Below, piece by piece: positions 7,232 to 17,301 of a stretch of 17,741 bases of DNA; positions within the stretch are counted from its first letter, which is position 1, and each line of letters begins with the position of its first letter. Made by a program: the position numbers and the translations under genes. The notes under the pieces were generated by a model. It worked only from the letters and a program-made list of their open reading frames with translations. It did not search any database and was not told where the DNA came from. Source of the stretch: Methanobacterium sp. (lineage in GTDB: Archaea; Methanobacteriota; Methanobacteria; Methanobacteriales; Methanobacteriaceae); assembly GCA_003166335.1 (NCBI GenBank), contig PMWA01000044.1, forward strand, positions 1,898 through 19,638, written 5' to 3'.

Positions 7232-7364
7232 CGAATTTTTTTTCTTTACTTAATATTTTTATTAAACCTAAAGATAACTTAATATAATGAAAGTATAATT
7301 TACTTTTTTTTAAGGAATTAAAGAATATTATTTAAAACATTTTAAAGGATGGAATTTTAAGATT

Positions 7365-7787
7365 ATGGGTAATCAAATAAAATTTTCTAAAAAAGATAAG
7401 GATAACCCAGTTACTGGTAGTGAAGAGGATTATCTGGCTTTGGAAATTAAATCTATTCAATTAAAAAATACTAACAGAAAGCTTATCACTAAATTAGATC
7501 AGCAGAAAAAATTGATTAAAACTTTAACCAGTGAATTAGAGGCTATAAAGAATAATGAACAATTTAAATGTTATGATAAGCTCAAAAATGATTATAATAA
7601 GTTTAAGATTGAGTATGCTAAATTAGAGGTATTGCTTAATGATTCTAGAGCAGAAATCAGCAAATTAAAGGGTGATATTAAAGTTTTAGATAAAGAAAAA
7701 GATGTATGTGATGATGTCACGATTAGTCGCTGGGATAAATTAAAGAATCATTTACCTGATGATATTAAGAATTTACGTGAAAAATAA
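7365..7787 (+). CDS. Hypothetical coiled-coil protein
   Basis: 140 aa with heptad Leu/Ile pattern (LITKLDQQKKLIKTLTSELEAIK; LEVLLNDSRAEISKLKGDIKVL). Confidence 0.7.
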   Translation: MGNQIKFSKKDKDNPVTGSEEDYLALEIKSIQLKNTNRKLITKLDQQKKLIKTLTSELEAIKNNEQFKCYDKLKNDYNKFKIEYAKLEVLLNDSRAEISKLKGDIKVLDKEKDVCDDVTISRWDKLKNHLPDDIKNLREK

Positions 7788-7859
7788 GGCTGATAAAAAA
7801 AAAGAAATAGATGAAATGATTGCAAAATAACCAGTTTAAAAAAAAATTATAAATTTATA

Positions 7860-8273
7860 TTATTTCGGTTTGATCTCCTGTATTACAATTGATCCTGCTA
7901 TTTCTATTGAATAACCTTTTTCAAAAGCCATTGTTAATCGAAAAATAGATTCATCATAATTATCATCATCCCAAGCAATGTATTCAAGGAATCGTTTTTC
8001 TTTAAGTTGAGCTAATCCAACTGATTTAATAGTACCTTTCTTATTCTCTTGCTTGCCAATGACTATACTATTAGCTTTTATACTAATCATATATGTATCA
8101 TCTAAATCTAAACCATCAGTATCCTCAAAAGTTAAAATAATTTCTTGAATTTCATCAGATTTTTTAGAACGTTTCTTACTACCCTTAATAAGTTTCTCTC
8201 CCCTGGCTTGTTCCAACTCTTTCCAAGTATCTTCAACCCATTCTTCGCTTAATTCTAATTCTTCCATCATCAT
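7860..8273 (-). CDS. Hypothetical protein with acidic N-terminus
   Basis: 137 aa ORF with GGTGGG SD 5 nt upstream of ATG; no recognised motif. Confidence 0.7.
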   Translation of the reverse strand: MMMEELELSEEWVEDTWKELEQARGEKLIKGSKKRSKKSDEIQEIILTFEDTDGLDLDDTYMISIKANSIVIGKQENKKGTIKSVGLAQLKEKRFLEYIAWDDDNYDESIFRLTMAFEKGYSIEIAGSIVIQEIKPK

Positions 8274-8511
8274 TTACGCCCACCATTAAAAAAACTTTTT
8301 TTATTATAAACACCCAAAAAAATTTTTTCATTTATACAATTTATTACACTCTATTACATTTTAATTCATTTTCATAATTTATAAATTTTATGATTTTTTT
8401 TATAACTAAACATTTCAAATCTTGAAAAAAATCATTTATCCTAAATAAGTTTTTAATGTTTTTCCAATATAAATATATACGTTAAACTAAAATTTTAGGA
8501 GGTATAAATTT

Positions 8512-9027
8512 ATGGCTACTATTGGAGTATTAATTGATGATATGTTTGAAGATGTAGAATACACTTCACCCGTGGAAGCATTCAAAAAAGCAGGGTATAA
8601 AATAATTAATATAGGATTAAAAGAAGGAAAACCTGTTAAAGGAAAGAAAAAAGGAACTTTAGTTAAAATAGATAATGCCGTGAAAAATGTTTCCGTAAAT
8701 GATTTCGATGCACTATTAATTCCCGGTGGATGTTCACCTGACCATTTACGGAGCTATAAAGAACCAGTAGATTTTGTAAAAGATTATTTTAATACTGGTA
8801 AACCATTATTTGCAATATGTCATGCTCCACAAATCCTAATTACCGCTCAATTAATTGAAGGTCGCAGAATTACTGGTTGGAGATCTATAATTCAAGACAT
8901 TAAAAATGCCGGTGCAGAATTTGTAAACCAACCAGTAGTAGAAGATGATAATATAATCTCCAGCCGAGGACCACAAGACATTCCATTATTCATCAAAGCC
9001 TGTCTTAAAAGACTTGAATCAATATAA
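8512..9027 (+). CDS. pfpI: PfpI/DJ-1 family (peptidase C56-like, type 1 GATase domain) protein
   Basis: FEDVEY, FDALLIPGG, AICHAPQ nucleophile elbow, VVEDDNIISSRGPQD; AGGAGGT SD. Confidence 0.92.
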   Translation: MATIGVLIDDMFEDVEYTSPVEAFKKAGYKIINIGLKEGKPVKGKKKGTLVKIDNAVKNVSVNDFDALLIPGGCSPDHLRSYKEPVDFVKDYFNTGKPLFAICHAPQILITAQLIEGRRITGWRSIIQDIKNAGAEFVNQPVVEDDNIISSRGPQDIPLFIKACLKRLESI

Positions 9028-9054
9028 AAAAAAATTTGGGGAGTTATAAAATAA

Positions 9055-9261
9055 ATGACTGATGTTGAATGGGTGACTGTAAAAGATTTACAGGGTAAAA
9101 TAGAAACTTTCAGTATACATGATAAAAGTATTGACTATATAAAAGTATTGAAGGATAAAATCATCATTAAATATGATGCCACAAATTCTAAAGCACCTTA
9201 TCGGAAAGTTATTATCCTCAAAAATATAGCCACCTACGAAAGTCCTAATAAAAAAAAATAA
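9055..9261 (+). CDS. Small hypothetical protein, probably co-transcribed with pfpI
   Basis: 68 aa, GGGGAG SD, starts 27 nt after the pfpI stop. Confidence 0.65.
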   Translation: MTDVEWVTVKDLQGKIETFSIHDKSIDYIKVLKDKIIIKYDATNSKAPYRKVIILKNIATYESPNKKK

Positions 9262-9326
9262 AATCTCTTAATTGAAATATCCACTCTATAAATTTTTATA
9301 TTTCTTCTAAAATATTTTATAATTAC

Positions 9327-9905
9327 TTAAGAATGAGTTAAATTTTTTATTAACAAATTTACAGTAGTTCTAATAACTATTCCAATTAATCCACCTATAA
9401 TACTAAATATTCCCGGTATTAAACTGTAAAAAAGGATCAAAATAGCGAAAAAAGCGATATTATTTATAAGAGAAGAATTACTAAAGCTATGAGCTAATAA
9501 TACATAGAAAATAATTATCACTATTAAACCAGAGATCATTGCAGAGTAAAAGCCATCAGCTGCACCATCACTTAGTTTCTCACCACCAATAAAAGCTGCC
9601 GCCAAACCGCCAACACCCCATAATAAAAAAGAATCAATATTAATAAAAACAAGTGAGGATGATGTGGGAAATGGAGAGTATAGATAATAAGGTATTAACA
9701 TAATTGAAGCGCCGAAAAGAACTCCGGCTATTCTAATAATATTATTTGAAGATGAATTAATTTTTTTTAAAGAATCTGAATTTACATCGGCTGTTTCCAC
9801 ATATCTTAACTCTCCCCCGCATTGACATTTATCAAAATCTTTAGGAGACTCCCCCTCCTTAAGTTCATAATAACCATTACATTTCTCACAGTTTAAATAA
9901 CCCAT
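9327..9905 (-). CDS. Zinc-ribbon plus 4-TM (DUF5518-like) membrane protein
   Basis: MGYLNCEKC...[12 protein letters not shown] (CxxC...CxC), then four hydrophobic segments rich in Gly/Ala; ATG 9905 preferred over TTG 9914. Confidence 0.8.
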   Translation of the reverse strand: MGYLNCEKCNGYYELKEGESPKDFDKCQCGGELRYVETADVNSDSLKKINSSSNNIIRIAGVLFGASIMLIPYYLYSPFPTSSSLVFINIDSFLLWGVGGLAAAFIGGEKLSDGAADGFYSAMISGLIVIIIFYVLLAHSFSNSSLINNIAFFAILILFYSLIPGIFSIIGGLIGIVIRTTVNLLIKNLTHS

Positions 9906-10049
9906 AAAAAACAATTTATAACTAAACCCGTATTAATACTTTATTTTATTTTTCAAATAAGCTTGGTTACTGAAAACCTATAAAAAATATTTAGTCTAAA
10001 ATTAGAAAATTTATTTAAATTAACCTATATTATTTTTATATAAAATTTT

Positions 10050-11426
10050 TTAAGCGACTGTTTTAAAGGTTTTCTGTTGTTCTTTTTTACTCTTAAGTCC
10101 AAGGGTAAGAATAGTCATAATGATCGCTACCAATGCAATTAATAGGTAAGCAAATTGGTACCCTGTAAGGTTTCCCGCATACGATCCAATGACCGCTCCA
10201 ATTAAAGCTCCGCCGATAAGTTGACCACCACTAGTTATGATATTAATTAATGCTTGACCAGATGCTCTCTCATTGGGTGGGCTTTCAATTAACATGATGT
10301 AACGTGGTGGTGATCCAATCGCAGTGCTCATACCTACCCCTACGAGAATTCCGCCAATTATAAATAAATAGAAGGATTTAGAGAATATGGTCAATATAAA
10401 GAGGCCTATTATCATGGCAAATGTTCCAATAATCATTATATTCCTTGAACCATATCTGTCAAGAAGTCTTCCTATAATAGGCCCCCCAATAGCCATGGTC
10501 AATACAATTGGTAATAACATTAAACTAGCGTTAGTTATGCTGAAGGATAAAGCTACAATTACAAAAGCAGGTACAAATATTGTGGAAGCTTGAACGAGAC
10601 CAGTGCCTACCATTATACTAGTGATAAGTTTAACTTCTTTACTCTTGAAAAGATCCACCTGTATTAGAGGATCTTGAGCTGCTTCCTCTACCTTCCATAA
10701 GATTGGTAACAATATGGCAGCGAGAATTAAGAATGGCCAAACATTTAAGGATGTTATACTAGCTAAGAAATTATTAGTGTTTATCTGATTTATACCATAA
10801 GCTAGAGAAGACACCATTACACCTAAAGTGACTATACCATACCAATCAAAGTTTATATCCCGGTTCCTCCCGGTTTGTGGGAGTATATAAAGGCTTGCCA
10901 CGATAACTATTACTGCTATGGGTATGTTAATTATGAAAAGCCATTGCCACCCGTGGTTTAAGAGTAAACCTCCCAGTATAGGTCCTAATACGAAGGATAT
11001 ACCCCAGATTGAGCTTAAGATTCCAAGTGCTCCCCCTCTTTTTTCAGGTGGGAAAATATCGCCTATGAATGCATTAGCAACCGGGAATATTCCTCCAGCC
11101 CCCATCCCTTGGATGGCTCTACCTAATATCAACATATCAATTGAAAAAGATGTTATAGTTATAAATGAGCCTATAGCAAATAATAAAATATCTAATATAT
11201 AGATGGGTTTTCTACCATAAATATCGGATAGTTTAGCCATTAAAGGTGTTCCGATCATGTAAAATAAGATGTATATGGTGAAAACCCAACTCAGTATTCT
11301 TTCATTAACTCCGAAATATACTTGAATTGAGGGAAGTGCAGGTCCTACAATCCCTATATCAAGGGAGCCCATGAAAACACCGATGAATAGTAATAAAAGA
11401 ATTTTTTGGTTGCCTTTTAAATCCAT
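10050..11426 (-). CDS. MFS drug/H+ antiporter (DHA2/EmrB-like)
   Basis: LDIGIVGPALP (motif D1), KLSDIYGRK (motif A), GRAIQGMG (motif B), LGPILGG (motif C), GRLLDRYGSR. Confidence 0.93.
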   Translation of the reverse strand: MDLKGNQKILLLLFIGVFMGSLDIGIVGPALPSIQVYFGVNERILSWVFTIYILFYMIGTPLMAKLSDIYGRKPIYILDILLFAIGSFITITSFSIDMLILGRAIQGMGAGGIFPVANAFIGDIFPPEKRGGALGILSSIWGISFVLGPILGGLLLNHGWQWLFIINIPIAVIVIVASLYILPQTGRNRDINFDWYGIVTLGVMVSSLAYGINQINTNNFLASITSLNVWPFLILAAILLPILWKVEEAAQDPLIQVDLFKSKEVKLITSIMVGTGLVQASTIFVPAFVIVALSFSITNASLMLLPIVLTMAIGGPIIGRLLDRYGSRNIMIIGTFAMIIGLFILTIFSKSFYLFIIGGILVGVGMSTAIGSPPRYIMLIESPPNERASGQALINIITSGGQLIGGALIGAVIGSYAGNLTGYQFAYLLIALVAIIMTILTLGLKSKKEQQKTFKTVA

Positions 11427-11625
11427 AAATTGTTTATTATTTTAGTCTTCATTAAATACTTTGCAATTATTCTATAGATGTTATTGAAACAAATTTAAGG
11501 ATTAATTTTTTTTTAGATTAAAAAAAAAATAGCAAAACAATTTAATGAACTAATACCATTTTTTTTGAATACTCATCAATGAAATAAAAGTTTTGTAATT
11601 AATTTTTATAAAAACATTGATGACC

Positions 11626-11664
11626 TACACTTCAAGTGTAACTAATATCACATAACATGATATT
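11626..11664. promoter_or_regulatory. Two adjacent operator-like palindromes
   Basis: TACACTT-C-AAGTGTA (11626-11640) and AATATCA-N7-TGATATT (11644-11664). Confidence 0.35.
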
Positions 11665-11747
11665 TAAAATAACATTTTTAATAATGCGATAATATTACGA
11701 ATAAAAAAAAAATCAACTAGAAATAGTAAAAATATTTATTTTAAAAT

Positions 11748-12539
11748 TTATTGTCTCTTAGATTTAATAGAGATATTTCCAAGAAGACTATCAATAAATC
11801 GAGACACAAAACCTCTATTATTAATTTGATATGGTTGACCCATAAGATAAGATGCCAATTGATTGAAACTACTAGAAGTTTTAGATCCAGGTTCCTTCAT
11901 CATAATAGGGTCCCCTGAAGAGAAACAACTTATTAATTTAGGATTTTCAGGTATTATACTAATAATGGGAACCTCTAAAATAGCCTCAATTTCTTCAATG
12001 CTAAGAAACTCATCATATGATTTTTCACGATTAATTACAACACCTAATATATCTATACCCATTTTATCAGCAACCAACTTAGTTTTCAAAGTGTCACTGA
12101 TAGATGTGACTTCTGAAGTAGTTACTAATATCATCTCATCAGCAAGTGACATGGCATCCAGAGCATCCCTTTCTAAACCAGCAGGTGAATCTAATAATAA
12201 TATCTCCACATTTCCCATAAGATCATCAAAAACTTCTTCCAATCGTTCTCTTTTAATATATTTGAGATTAGGTAATGAAAGACCCGCTGGCACTATCTTA
12301 ACACCCCCAGGACCTTCATATATAGCATTATATATATCTTCTTTTCCTGAAAGTACTTCCTGTAATGTAACGGGTTTACCTTCCAAACCTAGGATTAGTT
12401 CAAGGTTGGCCATATTTATATCCATATCCATTACTAAAACATCCCACCCTAAATTAGAAAGAGCTATACCTAGATTCGCAGAGATGGTTGTTTTCCCAAC
12501 TCCCCCTTTCCCAGAAGCTATACTAATTACTCTAGACAT
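11748..12539 (-). CDS. minD: Cell division / septum site-determining ATPase MinD (archaeal type)
   Basis: Deviant Walker A SGKGGVGKTT, DMDINMANL, LLDSPAG, GVVINR, C-terminal amphipathic GFVSRFIDSLL; GGGGTG SD. Confidence 0.93.
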   Translation of the reverse strand: MSRVISIASGKGGVGKTTISANLGIALSNLGWDVLVMDMDINMANLELILGLEGKPVTLQEVLSGKEDIYNAIYEGPGGVKIVPAGLSLPNLKYIKRERLEEVFDDLMGNVEILLLDSPAGLERDALDAMSLADEMILVTTSEVTSISDTLKTKLVADKMGIDILGVVINREKSYDEFLSIEEIEAILEVPIISIIPENPKLISCFSSGDPIMMKEPGSKTSSSFNQLASYLMGQPYQINNRGFVSRFIDSLLGNISIKSKRQ

Positions 12540-12795
12540 TATTAAATTACACCCCTACATTAGATTATCATCACAATAAAATAAAATTTCATGGAATTAA
12601 TGTGCGAATAATCACAACTCTAAAAATTAGAGAAGAAAAGGTTTATAGCAATTTTTCATGTTTCCAGTTTAAAAATTGAAAGTAAAATTTGATATTAAAG
12701 TTCGATAGCCAAGCCAAGGAATAATAATCATATTAAAAAAAAAATGGGGGAAAAAAATAAAAAATTGTCTAAATTAACTCTTTACATCCACACAG

Positions 12796-14724
12796 TTAAG
12801 TTGTTGTAAATCTGAAGGAGTATGGTACTGCTAATCCAGCTGTACCTCCGACATTAGTTACACTACCAGAGTGTAAAATTACAGTGTACATAGTATTTGC
12901 TGCTAATGGAGTGCTAAGTGTTAAAGTTAGAATACTGCCATTTATGTTTAAAGTGTATGGAACTTCTGTTCCAGGAGCGTTTGTAGTTTTGACTTCTATA
13001 TTGCCAGTTCCAAGTGCAATAAGTTCGTTGAAGTTAATTGAGATCGGTGGATTTAATGAAACGCCTCTTGCACCGTTTGCTGGACCTGTGCTTATAACAA
13101 ATGGAGCTACAGGTTTAGGAGGTACAGGTACGACAGACGTAGTTGCGCTTGCTTTAAGCAGATAGTTAAATGTTGTGGTTCCTACAGTTGCTTGAGTTAA
13201 TGATGCAGTGTCTGTAAAGTTGAAACCACTTGCATCATCTGTTGGAGTGTAATCTAGAGTTAACCAATCACTGGCACCGACTGCAAGATTTGGTATAGTC
13301 CATAATCCAGTAATATGATTATAGGTTGTTCCTGCACTTGCTGTGTAACCAGTATATGATACTTTACCGGTAGAACCAGCAAGGTAACTTGGGTCATACA
13401 CTTTAACATTAGTAACTGGCTGTGCACCGTTATCAGTCACGGTTGTAGTGTAACTGAAAGGAGTTGTTACAGTAGGTGTAGTGTTGCTGACAGTTTTTGT
13501 TAAAGACAAATTGGTTGGAACAATTCTTACATTTGCAGTAGCAGATGCTGTGTTAGAATTTGTTATTGCATTCCATTGGTCCTGAGATTCTGTTGCTTTG
13601 TTAGGAATCAGATTTCCAAGTTGAGCTATAGGTGCTGAAACAGTTATATTTAACCATGCACTAGCGCCGCTAGCGATAGTTCCTACTGTCCAAGTTAGAG
13701 TGTTTCCAACAAGAGCAGTGGTACCTTGACTTACAGCATTACTGATGTAGGTTAAACCTGAGTTAAGAGCATCTTGCACAACTACAGTAGTAGCTGCATC
13801 TGGACCGCTGTTAGCTGCGGTTATTGTGTAAGTGAATGGTGTAGTCGCTACAGGTGAGGTGTTACTCACGGTTTTTGTAAATTTAACATTAGTTAAAGGC
13901 ACATATACACCAGGAGCAGTTACTGTTTGTCCTGTGTTAGTTAATGTTGCGGTGTTAATCACGGTTGTACCTGCTGCAAATGCGTTAGGTGCTAAACCTA
14001 ATTGTAAAGTTGCACTTTTACCACTTGCAAGGAATGGTATATTCCAGTGATATGTATATCCGGTAACAAGGTTTCCAGTGATAGTATAGAATCCAGTAGA
14101 TGAGAAGGCGTTAATGACAGTTAAAGTACTAGGTACAGGATCAGCGATATTAAGATTTAAAGCTGCTTCAGGTCCATTGTTTGTGACTGTCAATAGTTTG
14201 TAGAAGTAACTACCTACGTTAGCTGTGGTTGTACTTACAAATATTGGACTTAAAGTCACGTTAGCTTGGTTAACGAATACTACTTGGTTGTTAGATTTTA
14301 CCTGATAAGGAGTTTGAGCCTGAGACAAGGTCGCAGAGAAAGTCTGGAAGTCATCAGCTGTTGTAGGAGTTAACATCAAATTCAAAGTGTCGGTATTACC
14401 GATATTGAGATTTCCTATTGTCCATATATTGCTAGTAGTATTGTAGGTACCAGTAGATGCGGAATAACTGTTGGTGTTAAAACCAGTAGGTATATTCTCT
14501 TTCACATTTACTTGTGTAGCAATAACACCGGGAGAAGGGGTGGCAGGGTTAGTGACTGTTGTGGTGTAGTTGAATGTCGTATTCGCATAAAGGTTGGTGT
14601 TATTAGCGCTGACAGCTATAGCCGTATTTGGGCTTGCTGCTGCTGCTGCACCTGAGAAGAATAGTATCGCGAACGCGAATGTAATTGATAGTAATGCGAT
14701 TTTTTTATGCATGTTTTTGTTCAC
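12796..14724 (-). CDS. Secreted adhesin-like protein with about four DUF11 domains and a C-terminal Ig-like (Big_5-type) domain
   Basis: Signal peptide KKIALL...AAAAAS; DUF11 motifs (TVTNNGPEAA, TAANSGPDAA, WTIGNL, WTVGTI, WTIPNL); C-terminal STGPANGARGV...LAANTMYTV...FRFTT. Start reassigned to GTG 14724 just downstream of a perfect AGGAGGTGA SD (ORF track gives ATG 14757). Confidence 0.88.
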   Translation of the reverse strand: MNKNMHKKIALLSITFAFAILFFSGAAAAASPNTAIAVSANNTNLYANTTFNYTTTVTNPATPSPGVIATQVNVKENIPTGFNTNSYSASTGTYNTTSNIWTIGNLNIGNTDTLNLMLTPTTADDFQTFSATLSQAQTPYQVKSNNQVVFVNQANVTLSPIFVSTTTANVGSYFYKLLTVTNNGPEAALNLNIADPVPSTLTVINAFSSTGFYTITGNLVTGYTYHWNIPFLASGKSATLQLGLAPNAFAAGTTVINTATLTNTGQTVTAPGVYVPLTNVKFTKTVSNTSPVATTPFTYTITAANSGPDAATTVVVQDALNSGLTYISNAVSQGTTALVGNTLTWTVGTIASGASAWLNITVSAPIAQLGNLIPNKATESQDQWNAITNSNTASATANVRIVPTNLSLTKTVSNTTPTVTTPFSYTTTVTDNGAQPVTNVKVYDPSYLAGSTGKVSYTGYTASAGTTYNHITGLWTIPNLAVGASDWLTLDYTPTDDASGFNFTDTASLTQATVGTTTFNYLLKASATTSVVPVPPKPVAPFVISTGPANGARGVSLNPPISINFNELIALGTGNIEVKTTNAPGTEVPYTLNINGSILTLTLSTPLAANTMYTVILHSGSVTNVGGTAGLAVPYSFRFTTT

Positions 14725-14777
14725 ATTATCACCTCCTTGTATAATCGTTACATGCAATTCATAATCTCAAGTTTCTA

Positions 14778-14789
14778 CTATATAACCTT
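14778..14789 (-). promoter_or_regulatory. TATA promoter for the adhesin gene
   Basis: Minus strand AAGG-TTATATAG about 55 nt upstream of the GTG start. Confidence 0.5.
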
Positions 14790-15214
14790 ATACATTCCTA
14801 ATAAAACTAAAGCTTTAAAGGGGATTGATTCAGATAATTTAAAGGATTAATATGGTTGTAGTTTATAACTTTATAAAAGTTTATCAGATTTTTTTTTAAA
14901 CCACTTTAAATCTTGATATAATAAACTGTATCATTTCGTTTGAAACTTTGTTAAGTTTAACGCTGTAATCACTGCAAAAATGCATTTTTTATAACTTCAT
15001 TTTAAATTATCCAACTTCCTAGATAATATTTGGTTATCACAAGATTCGATTGTATATTAGTTATTAACAAATATAGTAATTATTATTACATTCCAATCAG
15101 TAAAACAGAAGCGTTCAAATCGTTAACTATTATAAAAAAAATTATATTAAAAAAAATATTAATTTTTTTATAATTTAAATAAATTTAAACCCATTAATAA
15201 TATACTATTTTTAT

Positions 15215-15246
15215 GCGAGTTATAAATATCATCTAACTTTGAGGTG
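15215..15246 (+). promoter_or_regulatory. Promoter and SD of rfbD
   Basis: GCGAG-TTATAAATA (15215-15228) and GAGGTG (15241-15246). Confidence 0.55.
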
Positions 15247-15255
15247 TAAAAAGAT

Positions 15256-16092
15256 ATGAGAATATTGATCATTGGTTCAGAGGGAATGTTAGGTCATGAT
15301 TTAGTGGATGCTTTATCTATTGAAAATGAAGTTAACACTACCACAATCGACACTTTAGATATTACAGATATAGATAAAACAATCCAAACTGTTAAAGAAA
15401 TGAAACCGGATGTGTTAGTGCATGCCGCGGCTTATACTGATGTCGATGGTAGCGAATCTAACAGTGATTTAGCATATAAAGTTAATGCCTTGGGAACTAG
15501 GAATGTTGCTGTGGCCTGCCATGAAGCGGATTGTGCCATGGTTTACATATGCACAGATTATGTTTTTGATGGTACTAAGGGTAGTTCTTATTATGAATAT
15601 GATCAAACTAATCCTTTAAGTGTTTATGGTAAAACGAAGCTTGCCGGTGAAGTTTATATCCGTGATACTTTAAATAAATTTTATATTGTGAGAACATCAT
15701 GGTTATATGGATTTCACGGTCCTAATTTCGTCACTACTATGCTTAATTTAGCTGAAAGTAATGATACTATTTCTGTTGTTAATGATCAGATAGGTTCTCC
15801 CACATACACTGTGGATTTAGCAGCTGCTATTGGAGAATTAATTAAGAAACCTGCTTATGGTATATATCACGTTACTAACAGTGATTACTGTTCATGGTAT
15901 GAATATGCAAAACAAATCTTCCATAATGCAGGAGTTAACATAGATTTAAAGCCTGTAACTACAGAAGAATTCCCTCGACCAGCTCCTAGACCAAAATACT
16001 CTGTAATGGAAAATTACAACTGGAAAATGGAAGGATACCCTAAATTAAGAAGTTATAAACAGGCTTTAAAGGATTATATGAAGCTATTATAA
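15256..16092 (+). CDS. rfbD: dTDP-4-dehydrorhamnose reductase
   Basis: GSEGMLG Rossmann motif, [23 protein letters not shown] (YxxxK), [15 protein letters not shown]. Confidence 0.95.
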   Translation: MRILIIGSEGMLGHDLVDALSIENEVNTTTIDTLDITDIDKTIQTVKEMKPDVLVHAAAYTDVDGSESNSDLAYKVNALGTRNVAVACHEADCAMVYICTDYVFDGTKGSSYYEYDQTNPLSVYGKTKLAGEVYIRDTLNKFYIVRTSWLYGFHGPNFVTTMLNLAESNDTISVVNDQIGSPTYTVDLAAAIGELIKKPAYGIYHVTNSDYCSWYEYAKQIFHNAGVNIDLKPVTTEEFPRPAPRPKYSVMENYNWKMEGYPKLRSYKQALKDYMKLL

Positions 16093-16159
16093 AAAAAGGT
16101 TAAATACTATACTTTTTATTCCAATATAAAAAAAATATGGAAATAGAGAATATGAATCT

Positions 16160-17149
16160 TTATTTAACGTACTGCTTCACGTTTTCTCTGATTATTGCAG
16201 AAGCACCGTAACTTTTTATACCTTTTAACATTTCAGGGAATTTATTTTTAGGTATTAAAACATTAACTTGAGAAAAACTATTACCTTCCACAATGGTAGG
16301 TTCATCAGAACAGAATCCACCGGATAAGAGAAAATCTTTAACAATTTCCATGGTTTTATTGGAGATATTAAATTTCACATCAAAATATTTTCTAGCATTA
16401 ACCGCTCCAAATAACTGTTCAAATATCATTTCCGCTTTCTCCAGTTTCAAACCAATGCAATTAGGACCGGCATATAAGCCTGCGCTGGATTCCATTATGG
16501 TTTCTAATACTTTTAAACCGGCTTTTTTAAGACTATTTCCAGTTTGCGTATTATCCACAATAAGATCAGCTCCCTTAGCAATATATACTTCCGTTGCACC
16601 ATCAGAATTAATTATCTGGACTTTCTGATTATCACCATTAATTAATCCCCTTACCTGAACTAGTGGAGCACTGTCACCATAAACTTCTTTGTAACCTTCA
16701 TTATTCATGAATTGTTGCCTGGTTAAGTTTGGATATTCGGTGAAGCATAATATGGGTGTTTCTCTAGTTTGGTTATTTTTGAAGAATTCGGTGAGTGAAT
16801 CATAGGGAGCTTTAGTGGGTACTGCTACTACTAATTTGGTTTGGCCGTAATTTAAATCACCAATTTTTTTAATTGATTTATCCTGGTTTGCTGTGGATTC
16901 CTCTTTAACCCAATCTTCCCCTATAATAGCTATGTCAATCATTCCTCGGTTTAATTCAACAGGAGAGCTTTGAGGTCGGGTTAAATATGCTTTGATCTCG
17001 GGGTCGTTGCTTATAATGATTTCATATGACTCATTTCCGGGTTCGTATCCTTTAACTTCGTAACCTGCATCCACAAATAATTGATGGGTATTTCCTCTAT
17101 TAATATTATTTAAACTACCCTTGGGTAGTCCTAAAACTATTTTCTTCAT
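16160..17149 (-). CDS. hisG: ATP phosphoribosyltransferase, long form with insertions (probable second HisG paralog type of Methanobacteriales)
   Basis: [47 protein letters not shown]-terminal regulatory domain (EPTI...GASAI). Start uncertain: ATG 17149, or near the AGGTGA SD at 17181-17176. Confidence 0.9.
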   Translation of the reverse strand: MKKIVLGLPKGSLNNINRGNTHQLFVDAGYEVKGYEPGNESYEIIISNDPEIKAYLTRPQSSPVELNRGMIDIAIIGEDWVKEESTANQDKSIKKIGDLNYGQTKLVVAVPTKAPYDSLTEFFKNNQTRETPILCFTEYPNLTRQQFMNNEGYKEVYGDSAPLVQVRGLINGDNQKVQIINSDGATEVYIAKGADLIVDNTQTGNSLKKAGLKVLETIMESSAGLYAGPNCIGLKLEKAEMIFEQLFGAVNARKYFDVKFNISNKTMEIVKDFLLSGGFCSDEPTIVEGNSFSQVNVLIPKNKFPEMLKGIKSYGASAIIRENVKQYVK

Positions 17150-17250
17150 ACTATTAGAATTTATTTTTATAATAATCACCTACAAAGAATTTAGATCTAT
17201 TTTCTATTTGAATTTTATTTAATCAGGATATAAAAAACTAATCTTCAAAT

Positions 17251-17301
17251 TTAAAGATAATAATTGTCATCTTTGGTTATGAAGAAAAAATATTTTTTCA
17301 A
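17251..17301 (-). CDS. Candidate 16-aa small ORF MKKYFFFITKDDNYYL
   Basis: TTG start 7 nt after AAGGAG; no homology evidence. Confidence 0.2.
   Translation of the reverse strand: MKKYFFFITKDDNYYL

Noticed and set aside
10387..11202. 68-aa and 94-aa plus-strand ORFs
   Set aside because: Antisense shadows of the MFS gene
11863..12579. 238-aa plus-strand ORF
   Set aside because: Codon-aligned antisense to minD, Ser/Ile-rich with no motif
12601..12650. TGTG-N8-CACA palindrome and plus-strand TATA-like GAAAAGGTTTATAG between adhesin and minD
   Set aside because: The arms are too short to be significant, the TATA-like site can equally be read as the minus-strand minD promoter, and no downstream ORF or structure was found
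12884..14050. 93-aa and 72-aa plus-strand ORFs
   Set aside because: Antisense shadows of the adhesin gene
16293..16628. 111-aa plus-strand ORF
   Set aside because: Antisense to hisG
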